This document shows positions 41,170 through 51,010 of a DNA stretch of 64,000 nucleotides, one piece after another. Position numbers and translations under genes: made by a program. Position 1 is the stretch's first letter; each line of letters starts with the position of its first letter. Location of the stretch: positions 55,377-119,376 of the forward strand of contig CAVOOB010000005.1 of NCBI GenBank assembly GCA_963697435.1, written 5' to 3'. The notes beneath the pieces were generated by a model that had not been told where the DNA came from, made no database searches, and worked only from the letters and a program-made list of their open reading frames with translations. The DNA is from an uncultured Gemmatimonadales bacterium (GTDB taxonomy: Bacteria; Gemmatimonadota; Gemmatimonadetes; Gemmatimonadales; GWC2-71-9).

Positions 41170-42015
41170 CCGACCTCCACCGGCAGATCGTCGCGGCCGC
41201 CCCATTCCGTCCAGGAGCCGTCATACAGCGCCCCTGCCGGAGCGCCGAGCACCTCGAGCGCGAGCAGAATGGCGCACGCCGAAGTCCCGGAGCCGCATGT
41301 GGCCACTACCGGGCGGGCAAGATCGATCCCTGCGGCCCCGAACCGCTCACGCAGCGATTGGGCGTCGAGCAGGCGCCCTGCCGGATCGACCAGGTCCGCA
41401 TAAGGAATGCTGAGCGCGCCCGGCATGTGGCCGCTCCGCAACCCGGGGCGCGGCTCCGGCTCGACTGCCGCGGAATCGACCTGCCGGTCGCGCATCGACC
41501 ACCTGTGCCGATCCGCCTGCCGCGATCGCCTCCATCTCCTCGAGCGATCGGAGCGAGGAGGTGTGCAGCAGGGCGCGGAAATTCCCCGGCGCGCGCCGCA
41601 TCGACTCACCGGCCTCCAACGGCCGCCGTTCCGCCCGCCACGCCCCCAGCCCGCCGTCCAGAACCGACACGCGGTCGTGCCCAAACGCGCGGAACATCCA
41701 CCACACCCGCGCGGCGCTGAGGTTCACGCCAGAGCCATCGTACGCCACGATCTCGGAGTCGGTCGCGATCCCGAGGTCGCGGGCCACCGACTCGAATGCG
41801 GCGGCGGTCGGGAGCATGTGTGGGAGCGCCGTGGCGTGGTCGCTGGCGAGGTCCAGATCGAAGAACTGTGAGCCCGGAAGATGCCCCATGAGGAACTCCG
41901 CCCGGGCATCTCGTTCCGTAGTCGGGAGATACCAGCTGGCATCGAGCACAACGAGCGCGGGGTCGCCGAGGCGATCCTGGAGGGCCGCGGTGCCGATCAG
42001 CGACGAGTAGGACAT
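41166..42015 (-). pseudogene. sseA: 3-mercaptopyruvate/thiosulfate sulfurtransferase (tandem rhodanese), one frame break
   Basis: The gene is split between track ORFs 41347..42048 and 41166..41684. It has the active-site loop CGSGTSA and the EPEPRPGLRSGHMPGA block. The break is at about 41465. Confidence 0.75.
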
Positions 42016-42092
42016 TGCCAATCTTAGTTTCCTCCGGCGGCGGGCCACAATACTATTCCCCGTTCCGGTTCCCCGATCTCGGAGTCCACGAA

Positions 42093-43692
42093 GTGCCAGC
42101 CAGCCGTGCCGAGCGACTCGCCGCCACCCTCCTGATCCTGGGGGGCTTTGCGGTCGTGCTCGCGGTGGTCCCTCACCGCAGCTTCGAACTCGATCGGTTC
42201 TTCCTTCCGAAGGAAGTCGTTCTCCACGCCACCGCCCTCGTGGTCGCGCTGCTCGTGGTCCCGGGGCGGCGGGAGTGGACGTGGAGTCGGGTCGACCTCT
42301 GCCTGCTCGCCTACCTCGGCATCTCCCTCATCTCCGCGGCCTTTGCTACCAACGGGTGGCTGGCCATCCGGGCACTCGGTATCACCTGGTCCGGGCTCCT
42401 GCTCTTCTGGTCCGCCCGGGAGCTCGCACGCGCGGGGCTCGGCCGGTACCTGACCATCGGCCTCGCCGTCGGCGGGGTCTTGGGCGCGCTCACCGCGATC
42501 GGCCAGGCGTATGGTCTGCTCGATTCCGACCTCCTCAGCCTGACCCGCGCCCCCGGCGGCACCTTCGGCAACCGGAACTTCGTGGCGCACCTCGCAGCCA
42601 TCGTCCTGCCAGCCCTCCTGGCCATCGCGCTCGCCGCCAGGAGCCGGGTCGGCTCTATCATCTCCGTCCTTGCCACGCTCCTGACCGTGGGCCTGCTGGT
42701 ACTGACGCGCTCACGCGCCGCGTGGTTGGCGACGGCGGTCTCGACGTCGGTCTTCATGCTGCTCGGTTTCTTGCCCGGAGGCCTGTGGCGTGACGAGGAG
42801 ACGCGGCGCCGGTTGCGTGGTCCCCTCCTGGCGATCGCCGGCGGCGCGATCCTCGCCCTCAGCCTGCCCAACGCGCTCGACTGGCGCAGCGACACCCCCT
42901 ACGCGGACACGCTGAAGGGGTTGGCGAACTACCAGGAGGGGAGCGGTCGCGGCCGCCTGCTCCAGTGGCGCAACAGCCTGTCGCTCGTCCGTGCGGATCC
43001 TGTGCTCGGCGTCGGTCCCGGCAACTGGGCCGTGGAGTATCCAGCGGTGGTCACGCCTGAAGATCCATCCCTCGACAGCGAAGGCATGGCCGCCAATCCC
43101 TGGCCAAGCAGCGACTGGATGGCGGCGCTCTCCGAACGCGGGGCGATCGCCTTTCTGCTGCTCACCGCCGCGGGCAGTCTCCTTTTCCTGACCGGGGCGC
43201 GCGCCTGGCTGGCCAGCCCCCGCGAGGTCACCGACCTGGCTCCTCTCGTTCTGGCCAGCACCGTCGCCGCCACCGCGGTGGTAGGAGCGTTTGACGCCGT
43301 GCTGCTCCTGCCGGTGCCCGCGCTCTACGCCTGGAGCCTGACGGGTGCGCTGCTGCCAGTGGAGACCTTCCCGAAACGGAAGGCCGCTGGCTGGCGGTCG
43401 CGGCTGGGACTCGAGGTGCTGGTCCTGATCGTGGGGGCAGGGCTCACCTGGCGCAGTGTCCAGCAGGTGCGCGCCATGGAACTGATTGCCGTGTGGGGGC
43501 AGATTGAGCACGCGGGCAGAGGCGGCATCCATGGACCCGGGCAGCTACCGGATCCAGGTGATGGTGGCCCAGTCGTACCGCCGTCGAGGCCGGTGCAAGG
43601 ACGCCATCCCCTTCGCGCGCCAGGCCGCGCACCTCTTTCCAGAGGCGGCCGAACCGAGGACAATCCTCCGCGCCTGTGGGCAGCGCCCATGA
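42093..43692 (+). pseudogene. O-antigen-ligase-like (Wzy_C) polytopic membrane protein with a TPR-like tail, one frame break; start uncertain
   Basis: Track ORF 42015..44003 has many TM helices and a TRSRAAWL-type loop. The tail (MDPGSYRIQVMVAQSYRRRGRCKDAIPFARQAAHLFPEAAEP) lies in ORF 43486..43692. The break is at about 43514 in a G run. The start is GTG 42093, or possibly TTG 42015. Confidence 0.6.
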
Positions 43693-43773
43693 CCCTCGCA
43701 CAACTTCGGCTGGCAGTGGGTGGGAGCGGTCGGATCGGGGAGATCGACCTCGGGCAGCCTCGCCAGGAGCGGC

Positions 43774-45879
43774 TCAGGAGCCGAGGAGTACCCTGCCGTC
43801 CACAGCCACCGCGCGATCAGGGAAGGCAAGCAGCGGGTTCACGTCGAGTTCGGCGATCTGGGGGAAGTCCTCCGCAAGCAGCGAGAGCCGGAGCAGAATC
43901 TCCTCGATGGCCTGACGGTCCGCAGGCGGAGATCCGCGCACCGGTCCGAGGAGGCGCGCCCCGCGGAGCCCCGAGATCATGTCCGCCGCGTCGCGCCGGT
44001 TGATCGGCGCGACGCGGAAGATGACGTCCCGCAGCACCTCCACGAAGATCCCACCGAGCCCGAACATGACCAGCGGTCCGAACGAGGGATCCCGGGTCAC
44101 ACCGGCGATCGTCTCTCGCCCGCCGTTCACCATCTCCTGGACGAGGACCCCGTGAATGCTTGCGTCGGGCACCGCCCGTCGGGCGGAGGCGACAATCTCG
44201 TCATAGGCGGCACGGACGTCGGCGGCGCCTTCGATCCCCACCTTCACGCCGCCGACGTCAGTCTTATGCACGATTTCCGGCGACACGATCTTCATGGCCA
44301 CCGCCCCACCGGACTTGGCGGCCAGTGCCACCGCCTCGTCGGCGTCACGCGCCAGTCCGGCCGCGGCAGTGGGGATGCCATAGGCGCGAAGCAGCGCCAG
44401 CGCCTCGACCTCACCCAACCGTGACTGCCCGGCCGCCTCCGCCTCCGCGAGCAGGCGCGACGCCGTCTCCCGGTCGACTTCAAATTTCTCGATCGGCGGG
44501 ATCGGCCGCTCCATCCATTCCCGCTGACGGCAGAGCGCCGAAAGCGCGCGCGCAGCCGACTCGGGGAAGATGTAGGCCGGCACCCCCACCTCGTGCAGCT
44601 CCGCTTTCCCCTGCGGAAGTCCTTCCCGACCCATGAGCACCGCCAGCACCGGCTTGGCCATGTGGGCACCGGCCACCGACGCGATCGCCTCGGCCACGTC
44701 CTCCTGCTTGATGCCGAGCGGTGGGACGAAGATGGCGATGGCTGAATCCACGTTGGGATCGTCGAGCAGTGCGTCGAGCGCCGCGCGATAACCCGGGGGC
44801 GTGGCGCTCGCGATCATGTCCAGCGGATTGCGGAGCGAGGCCTCCTCGGGAAAGAGCGGCTTGAGCCGGGCGACCGTCTCCGGCGCGAGCTCGGGCAGTT
44901 CGACCAACACCCGCTCCAGCGCGTCCGCCGCCAGGATGCCAGGGCCACCTGAGTTGGTCACCACGGCGGTGCGACGCGACTTCGGCGTCCGATCGTCCGA
45001 GAACGCCATGGCCAGGTCGAACAGCTCCTCGACTGTTTCTGCCCGAATGACGCCAGCCTGGGAGAGCATGGCGTCCACCAGCGCGTCGCTGGCTGCCAGC
45101 GCGCCCGTGTGCGAGGAGGCGGCGCGGGCACCGACCTTCGATCGGCCCGATTTCACCACGATGATCGGCTTCGTGCGGGTCATGCGTCGCGCGATCTCGA
45201 GGAACTTCCGCGGATTGCCGAAGTTCTCGACATACATCAGGACCACCCCGACCGACGGATCCTGCTCCCAGTGCAGGAGGAGGTCGTTGCCGCTGACGTC
45301 GGGCTTGTTGCCCATGGACACGAACTGATTGATCCCGATGCCGTATTCCTTGGCATAGTCGAGGACGCTCAACCCCATCGCGCCCGACTGCGACACGAAT
45401 GCCGCCCGGCCAAAGGGTGGCATGCTCGGCGCGAATGTCGCGTTCATCGAGAACTCGGGATCGGCGTTGAGCACGCCCATGCAGTTCGGCCCGACCATGC
45501 GCATGCCGTACTGGCGCACCACCTCCATCAACTGGCGTTCGCGCTCTACCCCCTCGCCACCGACCTCACGAAACCCCGCCGAGATGACGGTCAAGCCCGG
45601 CACGCCGGCCTCGCCGCACTCGCGGGCGACGCCGAGCACATGCTGCTTGGGCACCGTGATCACCGCCATGTCCACTTGGTCGGGGACCGCGCCGATGGTC
45701 GGATATGCCTTGAGGGTGTGAATCGAATCGGCCTTCGGGTTCACCGGAAAGACGGTCCCGGTGAACCCGTAGCCGACCAGGTTGGACACGATCTCGTTGC
45801 CGATCGTGTTCGGCGTGCGTGAGGCCCCGATGACCGCGATGCGGCGCGGCCGAAGCACGCAATCCAGGGACGCAGTCAT
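43774..45879 (-). CDS. ADP-forming acetyl/acyl-CoA synthetase (CoA-binding, succinyl-CoA-synthetase-like and ATP-grasp domains)
   Basis: Track ORF 43774..45933, trimmed to ATG 45879 (MTASLDCVLRPRRIAVIGASRTPNTIG). It is intact at 701 aa. Confidence 0.8.
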   Translation of the reverse strand: MTASLDCVLRPRRIAVIGASRTPNTIGNEIVSNLVGYGFTGTVFPVNPKADSIHTLKAYPTIGAVPDQVDMAVITVPKQHVLGVARECGEAGVPGLTVISAGFREVGGEGVERERQLMEVVRQYGMRMVGPNCMGVLNADPEFSMNATFAPSMPPFGRAAFVSQSGAMGLSVLDYAKEYGIGINQFVSMGNKPDVSGNDLLLHWEQDPSVGVVLMYVENFGNPRKFLEIARRMTRTKPIIVVKSGRSKVGARAASSHTGALAASDALVDAMLSQAGVIRAETVEELFDLAMAFSDDRTPKSRRTAVVTNSGGPGILAADALERVLVELPELAPETVARLKPLFPEEASLRNPLDMIASATPPGYRAALDALLDDPNVDSAIAIFVPPLGIKQEDVAEAIASVAGAHMAKPVLAVLMGREGLPQGKAELHEVGVPAYIFPESAARALSALCRQREWMERPIPPIEKFEVDRETASRLLAEAEAAGQSRLGEVEALALLRAYGIPTAAAGLARDADEAVALAAKSGGAVAMKIVSPEIVHKTDVGGVKVGIEGAADVRAAYDEIVASARRAVPDASIHGVLVQEMVNGGRETIAGVTRDPSFGPLVMFGLGGIFVEVLRDVIFRVAPINRRDAADMISGLRGARLLGPVRGSPPADRQAIEEILLRLSLLAEDFPQIAELDVNPLLAFPDRAVAVDGRVLLGS

Positions 45880-45880
45880 C

Positions 45881-46390
45881 TCAGCGTCGGCGGGAGCCGC
45901 CGCGATCGTCGTCCCGGGGCCGGGACTTCGCACGTTCAGCGGCGTCCTTCGCAGCCTGCCGGAGCATCTCCTCCGGTGACTTCGGGTTCGCCCCCGGCCT
46001 CGGCGCGCCCGCCTTCAGCGTGATGGTCCCGTCGTCGTTCCCCACGGTCAGCGGACGTCCGCCGCGCACCTCGTATGCACCCACCACATCCTCGCCCATG
46101 AAGGCGGCGTTCTTGAGTCGCTCCAGCAGCGCCTCCCGGGTCGGAAGCCCCTCACACGAGGAAAGGGGCGTCCCGCTGGCTGAGTTGACGCGAATGACCA
46201 CGGCATACTTGGCGCCCGCCACGTCCTTGGTGGACCGGAGATCCGTCCCGGCCGCTTCCCGAGCCCAGCGCAGTGCTTCCTGCTCCTGCGAACTCAATCC
46301 ATCAGCGGCCTCCGGCCCGGAGCCGCCTCGCTTGCTCTTGCCCCTGCGATTCTGCCGCAGACGCTGCAGATACATCGGTTCGTCGCTCAC
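45881..46390 (-). CDS. hypothetical protein with basic termini (169 aa)
   Basis: Track ORF 45881..46390. GTG 46390 lies behind GGGAGGG. Its stop is 1 nt from the synthetase ATG. I recognised no family. Confidence 0.55.
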   Translation of the reverse strand: MSDEPMYLQRLRQNRRGKSKRGGSGPEAADGLSSQEQEALRWAREAAGTDLRSTKDVAGAKYAVVIRVNSASGTPLSSCEGLPTREALLERLKNAAFMGEDVVGAYEVRGGRPLTVGNDDGTITLKAGAPRPGANPKSPEEMLRQAAKDAAERAKSRPRDDDRGGSRRR

Positions 46391-46674
46391 GCTACCCTCC
46401 CTGCGCCTGAAGAATGCTACTTGGTGGCGGCAGGATAAGCTGTTACCCCAAGAGACACAAGGACTTGCGCACCCCTGGCGCCCCGCGTTCGGCGGGCCTG
46501 CGGCGCGGCAGATCCTGTTTCATCGCCGCGACAGCACTTGCACATCGCCGCAATTAATTGACAGCGCAAAATGCAACTTATTGTAAACAAACAGCTTAGA
46601 ACTGGCCTGACTGTTGCTTGTGTTGACAGAGGGCAATTGTCGTCGAGCGCCCGCCGTTTCTCCTTGGGGGCAGC

Positions 46675-48432
46675 ATGTACCGTATCCGACTCGTCAGTGG
46701 CAAAGAACAGGTCTATCCGACGATCCAGGATCTCACCGCCGGCGTCCAGCGCGGCGAGGTCACGGCGGAGGCCGAGATCTACCACCAGCGCAGTGATCGG
46801 TGGCTCTCCATCGAGAGCCATCCCCACTATCGGATGGCGGTCGAGGGTGGCACGGCCACGCGCACCTCCCGACTCAAGTTCACGCGTCCTTCCAGCCCAG
46901 CCGTTAAGCCGGATGTCTTGCCGACACCGGTGGCCCAGAAGCCCGACCAGGGTGACCTCGAAGAACTGAACCGACTGCTCGTCCTCCTCGATCCGCTCCC
47001 CACGCCGGCGCAACGCGCCGAAGCCGAACCGCCTGCCGCCCCGTCGCCTCCGGAGCTCACCATCGTCCGTCCGGAGCCGGTGGAGGAGCCGACGCCCTCG
47101 GACGATCCTGAGCCGGTCTTTGGGACGATGCTGCGGCTGGAAGACCTGGATCGCGCCCCGGAGCCGGAGCCGGTCGACATGGCACTCGCCGCGTTCGAAG
47201 TCGTCCCCGTCGAGCCAAACCCGAGTGAAGATCCTGAGCCGATCGCGGACGCGGACCTCGGGCTGCCGGTCGAGATCCACCTCGATGAGATCCCGGTTCC
47301 CGAAGAGCTCGAGCCGGTGGCGGTGATCGAGGAAGTCGCCGCGCCGGAAGACGTCTTCGCGTTTGATGCCGCCGCCTCGACCGTGGAAGCGATCGAGCCA
47401 GAGCCCGCCGCGGTTGCCGCGACCGTCGAGTCGACCCCCAATTCCATCGAGCCGTCGTATACGCATGACGCACCGCTGGCCCCCACCTCCGGCATCAAGT
47501 TCAGGCCCATGCTGTTCGTGGCCGCCGCCGCGCTCGTCGCCGCCGCGATCTTCGCCTTCACCTCCGCTGGGGCCGAGACCGACCAGGGCATGGTGACGCT
47601 CGCCTCGGCCACCGCTCCCCCCGCCGCCACCACGCCCGTCCCCGCTCCGCCGGTCGACTCCGCGCCAACCGCGCCGGCGTCGAACGTCGGCTTCCCGGTC
47701 TCGGCGGCCCAGAATGGCTCGAGCAACTCAAACGCTGCCGGGCCGCCTCGCGACAGCACGGCATCGGCCAGCATCCTCCCGAGCGCTCCGACGATCGACC
47801 TCCCGAGCGCCGGTACCCAGGAAGTGAACGCCGGCACCGCCGCGCCCCGCACCGTGTCGGGCGGTGGAGCAGAACTGGCAAGGGGATACGCAAAATCGTA
47901 CGAGATCCTGGGACGCGAGTTCTCCGGCCAGATGGACCGGAGCGGCCTCGTCCGCCTCTTCAGTCAGACGCAACTCACCACGAGTGACGGCCTCGCCGGG
48001 GGGCGCCGTGCGCTGGACGCCGCCGCGCGCGCCGTGCGCCAGTACCACGTGATGGAGGGCGTCATCGAGAAGGCCTACCAGGACTCCGCACGGGCACTGG
48101 AGCGCAGTGGCGCCTCGCCGGCGGACCTCCGCGACTGGATGACACATCCGTCGCTGAAGGAGTCCAAGGAGGCCGCGGATGAAGGCGCCCGATTGATCGG
48201 GCAGATCGACGCGGTCTTTGCGCTGCTGCAGGCGCAGGCGGGCCGGTACCAGATCAACGGCAGCGAAGTGCGCTTCGACGACTCCGACGCACGCGCCCGG
48301 TACGCCGAACTGCAGAGTTGGATCACCCGCCGCCTCGAGCATTGGTCCGGGCAGCCCGCCTCCTCCATCCCGACGACCGTTCGACCGATACTCGAGGGAA
48401 TCGGGCTCACCCGACTCCCACTCTCCCGCTGA
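46675..48432 (+). CDS. hypothetical single-pass membrane protein: small N-terminal domain, acidic Pro/Glu-rich linker, TM helix, C-terminal helical domain
   Basis: Track ORF 46675..48432, 585 aa. The N-terminus is weakly GYF_2/DUF4339-like (QDLTAGVQRGEVTAEAEIYHQRSDRWLSIESHP). The TM helix is MLFVAAAALVAAAIFAF. The antisense ORFs over this span are low-complexity. Confidence 0.65.
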   Translation: MYRIRLVSGKEQVYPTIQDLTAGVQRGEVTAEAEIYHQRSDRWLSIESHPHYRMAVEGGTATRTSRLKFTRPSSPAVKPDVLPTPVAQKPDQGDLEELNRLLVLLDPLPTPAQRAEAEPPAAPSPPELTIVRPEPVEEPTPSDDPEPVFGTMLRLEDLDRAPEPEPVDMALAAFEVVPVEPNPSEDPEPIADADLGLPVEIHLDEIPVPEELEPVAVIEEVAAPEDVFAFDAAASTVEAIEPEPAAVAATVESTPNSIEPSYTHDAPLAPTSGIKFRPMLFVAAAALVAAAIFAFTSAGAETDQGMVTLASATAPPAATTPVPAPPVDSAPTAPASNVGFPVSAAQNGSSNSNAAGPPRDSTASASILPSAPTIDLPSAGTQEVNAGTAAPRTVSGGGAELARGYAKSYEILGREFSGQMDRSGLVRLFSQTQLTTSDGLAGGRRALDAAARAVRQYHVMEGVIEKAYQDSARALERSGASPADLRDWMTHPSLKESKEAADEGARLIGQIDAVFALLQAQAGRYQINGSEVRFDDSDARARYAELQSWITRRLEHWSGQPASSIPTTVRPILEGIGLTRLPLSR

Positions 48433-48437
48433 CACGA

Positions 48438-48457
48438 CGGCCGCCTCCGGGCGGCCG
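48438..48457 (+). terminator. rho-independent terminator
   Basis: CGGCCGCC (48438-48445), loop TCCG, GGCGGCCG (48450-48457), followed by CTTCGTTTT. Confidence 0.6.
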
Positions 48458-48547
48458 CTTCGTTTTCCCACGCCACTCTTGCGCACCGCAGTCCGGCAGG
48501 TTTTTATCTAGGGTTGCAATGGACGTAACCCGTTACAGGAGATTGTG

Positions 48548-49471
48548 ATGCGCATCACGTTCCAGCCCCGCGTGGTGGGATTCCTGGCCTTGGCGGCTTT
48601 GACGCTCAGCGCCTGCACCTCCCCCGCCGAAAAGCAGAAGCAGCAGGAAGAACTTCAGATGCAGCTTGATCAGGTCACGGCGCTCTCGGCGGAGAAGGAC
48701 ACGCTGCTGCAGGCCGTTGCCGAGAACGCGCGGCTGATGAACGAGATCAATGCCGAAATGGCCAAGGTGAAGAACCTCAAGGCGGGTGTGTCGCCGGTCG
48801 TCGGCTCCGAGGGAGGCCAGCAACCGGAGGCCGACCAGCGGGCGATCGTCCTGGCGCGGGTCAAGGAGATGACGGAGCGGCTCAATGACGCCGAGACGCG
48901 TCTCGCCGCCAGCCAGGCGCGCATCCGCCGACTGAACCGGCAGGGCGACAGCCTGAAGACGGACCTCTCCTCACTGGAGACCGCCGTCGCCGAGTATCAG
49001 CAGATGATCGCGACGCAGCGTGTGGAGATCGCCACCATGAGCGAGCAGCTCGCCACCAGCCAGCAGGAAGTGGCCGCGCTCTCGGTGGAGAAGAAGGAGC
49101 TCATCGACACCGTCACGGCCATCACCGATCGCAGCAACACGGTCTACTACGTCATCGGCACCAAGGACTCGCTGAAGGCGGCGGGCATCATCGTCGAGGA
49201 GGGTGGCTCCAAGATCCTCTTCTTCGGCAGCAAGGCCATCCAGCCGGCCCGGGTGCTGAACGAGGCGGACTTTACCGCCGTCGATCGGCGGGTGGTCATG
49301 GAGATTCCCTCCCCGATGACGACGGAGCGGTACAAGATCGTCTCGCGACAGAACACCGACTATATCGAGAACAAGCCGGACTCGAAGGGCCGGGTCATTG
49401 GCGGGGTCAAGATCGCCTCGCCTGAAGGGTTCTGGGCGCCGTCGAAGTTCCTGATCCTCGTCAAGGACTGA
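48548..49471 (+). CDS. coiled-coil lipoprotein with a globular C-terminal domain
   Basis: Track ORF 48545..49471. ATG 48548 lies 5 nt after AGGAGA. It has the lipobox LSAC, about 170 aa of heptad-like Q/E/L/A-rich sequence, and then YYVIGTKDSLKAAGIIVEEGG... Confidence 0.7.
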   Translation: MRITFQPRVVGFLALAALTLSACTSPAEKQKQQEELQMQLDQVTALSAEKDTLLQAVAENARLMNEINAEMAKVKNLKAGVSPVVGSEGGQQPEADQRAIVLARVKEMTERLNDAETRLAASQARIRRLNRQGDSLKTDLSSLETAVAEYQQMIATQRVEIATMSEQLATSQQEVAALSVEKKELIDTVTAITDRSNTVYYVIGTKDSLKAAGIIVEEGGSKILFFGSKAIQPARVLNEADFTAVDRRVVMEIPSPMTTERYKIVSRQNTDYIENKPDSKGRVIGGVKIASPEGFWAPSKFLILVKD

Positions 49472-49491
49472 AGATCGACAGGGAAGTGCGG

Positions 49492-49517
49492 CGGGGCGCG
49501 GAGTGATCCGCGCCCCG
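49492..49517. terminator. hairpin between convergent genes
   Basis: CGGGGCGCGG (49492-49501), loop AGTGAT, CCGCGCCCCG (49508-49517), followed by TTT on the plus strand. Confidence 0.6.
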
Positions 49518-49526
49518 TTTGCGTTG

Positions 49527-50288
49527 CTACCGCTCGAGCAGCAGCCGGCGCCGCTTGGGCGGGACCCACGAGGTCGGGAGCGCGGCAACCCCTTGCTGGA
49601 TAGCAGCCACCGCCTCGTCGAGCGAGTCGGTCACGGTCAGGAGGTCCAGATCTCCCGGCCCCACCATTCCCCTGGCGGCCAGCGTATTCCGCAGGAAATC
49701 ACAGAGTGGCCCCCAGTAGTCCGTTCCCATGAGGACCACCGGAAATGCCGCGATCTTCCCGGTCTGGACGAGGGTGAGCGACTCGAAGAGCTCGTCCAGT
49801 GTACCGAACCCGCCTGGCAGGACCACGAAGGCGACACTGTACTTCACCAGCATCACTTTGCGGACAAAGAAGTATCGGAAGGTGATGAACCGGTCCACAT
49901 ATGGGTTGGGGCGCTGTTCGTGCGGCAGTTCGATATTGCAGCCGATGGAACGCCCGCCGGCCTCATGGGCGCCGCGGTTGGCCGCTTCCATGATGCCGGG
50001 GCCGCCGCCGGTCATGACGGTGTACCCCAGTTCCGCCACGCGGGCTCCCAGGGCCCTGGCCAGCTGGTAGTGCGCGCTGTCCTCGCCCACTCGTGCCGAG
50101 CCAAAGACCGTCACGCACGGTCCCACGAAGTGGAGCGCGCGAAAGCCGCGCAGGAACTCTGCCGAAATACGGCCGAGGCGGGCCAGTTCGCTGAGCCGCG
50201 AACCGGGCCCGGCCAGCCAGTCGCGGACGTCGGGAAGGCCCGGCCCGTCGGGCCACGGGCCCGGCGATGGTTCGTCTGGTTTGCTCAT
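49527..50288 (-). CDS. LOG-family / TIGR00730 protein (nucleotide 5'-monophosphate nucleosidase-like)
   Basis: Track ORF 49527..50402, trimmed to ATG 50288 (MSKPDEP). It has the motifs GGGPGIMEA and PGGFGTLDE. Confidence 0.85.
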   Translation of the reverse strand: MSKPDEPSPGPWPDGPGLPDVRDWLAGPGSRLSELARLGRISAEFLRGFRALHFVGPCVTVFGSARVGEDSAHYQLARALGARVAELGYTVMTGGGPGIMEAANRGAHEAGGRSIGCNIELPHEQRPNPYVDRFITFRYFFVRKVMLVKYSVAFVVLPGGFGTLDELFESLTLVQTGKIAAFPVVLMGTDYWGPLCDFLRNTLAARGMVGPGDLDLLTVTDSLDEAVAAIQQGVAALPTSWVPPKRRRLLLER

Positions 50289-50428
50289 CCCGGCAATCTC
50301 CCCCGGCGCCCGCCCCCGGCGCAAATCGGCGGCCCCTCCTGTCAGCCCCGCGCCCGGTGTATCTTGTGGCCCGGCAGCGCGGCCCGCCGACCGGGCCGGC
50401 ATCCTCCAACGCAGGGAATGCAGATCTC

Positions 50429-50986
50429 ATGAAGGCAACCGACGTCCGCAAGGGCCACGTCATTCTGATCGACGGACAGCCGTGCCGCGTGATGGACTTT
50501 ACGCACCGCACCCCCGGCAACCTCCGCGCCTTCGTCCAGGTGCGCTTCCGGAACCTGATCTCCGGCAACACCTTCGACACGCGCCTGAACGCCTCGGACT
50601 TTGTGGACCAGGCCCGGCTCGACACCAAGGAAATGCAGGTCCTCTACCAGGACGGCCAGGGGACCCATGTCATGGACCAGGACACCTTCGACCAGGTCAC
50701 CCTGAATCAGGAAGTGACCGGCGATATGACCCCGTGGCTCCAGCCCGAAATGAAGTTCATGGTCGAGTGGCTCGGTGGAACGCCGATTGCCATCAGCCTG
50801 CCGACCACCATCGAACTCGAGGTCGTCGAGACCGCCCCGGCCATGAAGACCGCCACCAAGAACGCGAGCAGCAAGCCGGCGGTGCTCAGCAATGGCGTCA
50901 CGGTCAACGTCCCCGAATTCGTCAACCCGGGCGAGCGGGTGCGCGTCAACCCGAACACCGGCGAGTATCTCGAACGCGCCAAGTAG
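50429..50986 (+). CDS. efp: translation elongation factor P
   Basis: Track ORF 50267..50986, trimmed to ATG 50429 (MKATDVRKGHVILIDGQPCRVMDF...). It shows a typical three-domain EF-P sequence of 185 aa. Confidence 0.9.
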   Translation: MKATDVRKGHVILIDGQPCRVMDFTHRTPGNLRAFVQVRFRNLISGNTFDTRLNASDFVDQARLDTKEMQVLYQDGQGTHVMDQDTFDQVTLNQEVTGDMTPWLQPEMKFMVEWLGGTPIAISLPTTIELEVVETAPAMKTATKNASSKPAVLSNGVTVNVPEFVNPGERVRVNPNTGEYLERAK

Positions 50987-51010
50987 GCGGCCACGCCAAT
51001 TGCCACGGAC

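Noticed and set aside
46417-47852. Two long minus-strand ORFs (349 and 341 aa) opposite the 585-aa gene
   Set aside because: They are low-complexity Arg/Gly or Ser/Gly/Ala strings with no start context. The plus-strand frame has a structured N-terminal domain, a TM helix, a C-terminal domain, an SD sequence and a terminator.
50300-50322. Direct repeat CCCCCGGCGC x2 between the LOG gene and efp
   Set aside because: The repeat is short, GC-rich and has only two copies. It is plausibly chance at this base composition, and I saw no associated promoter elements.
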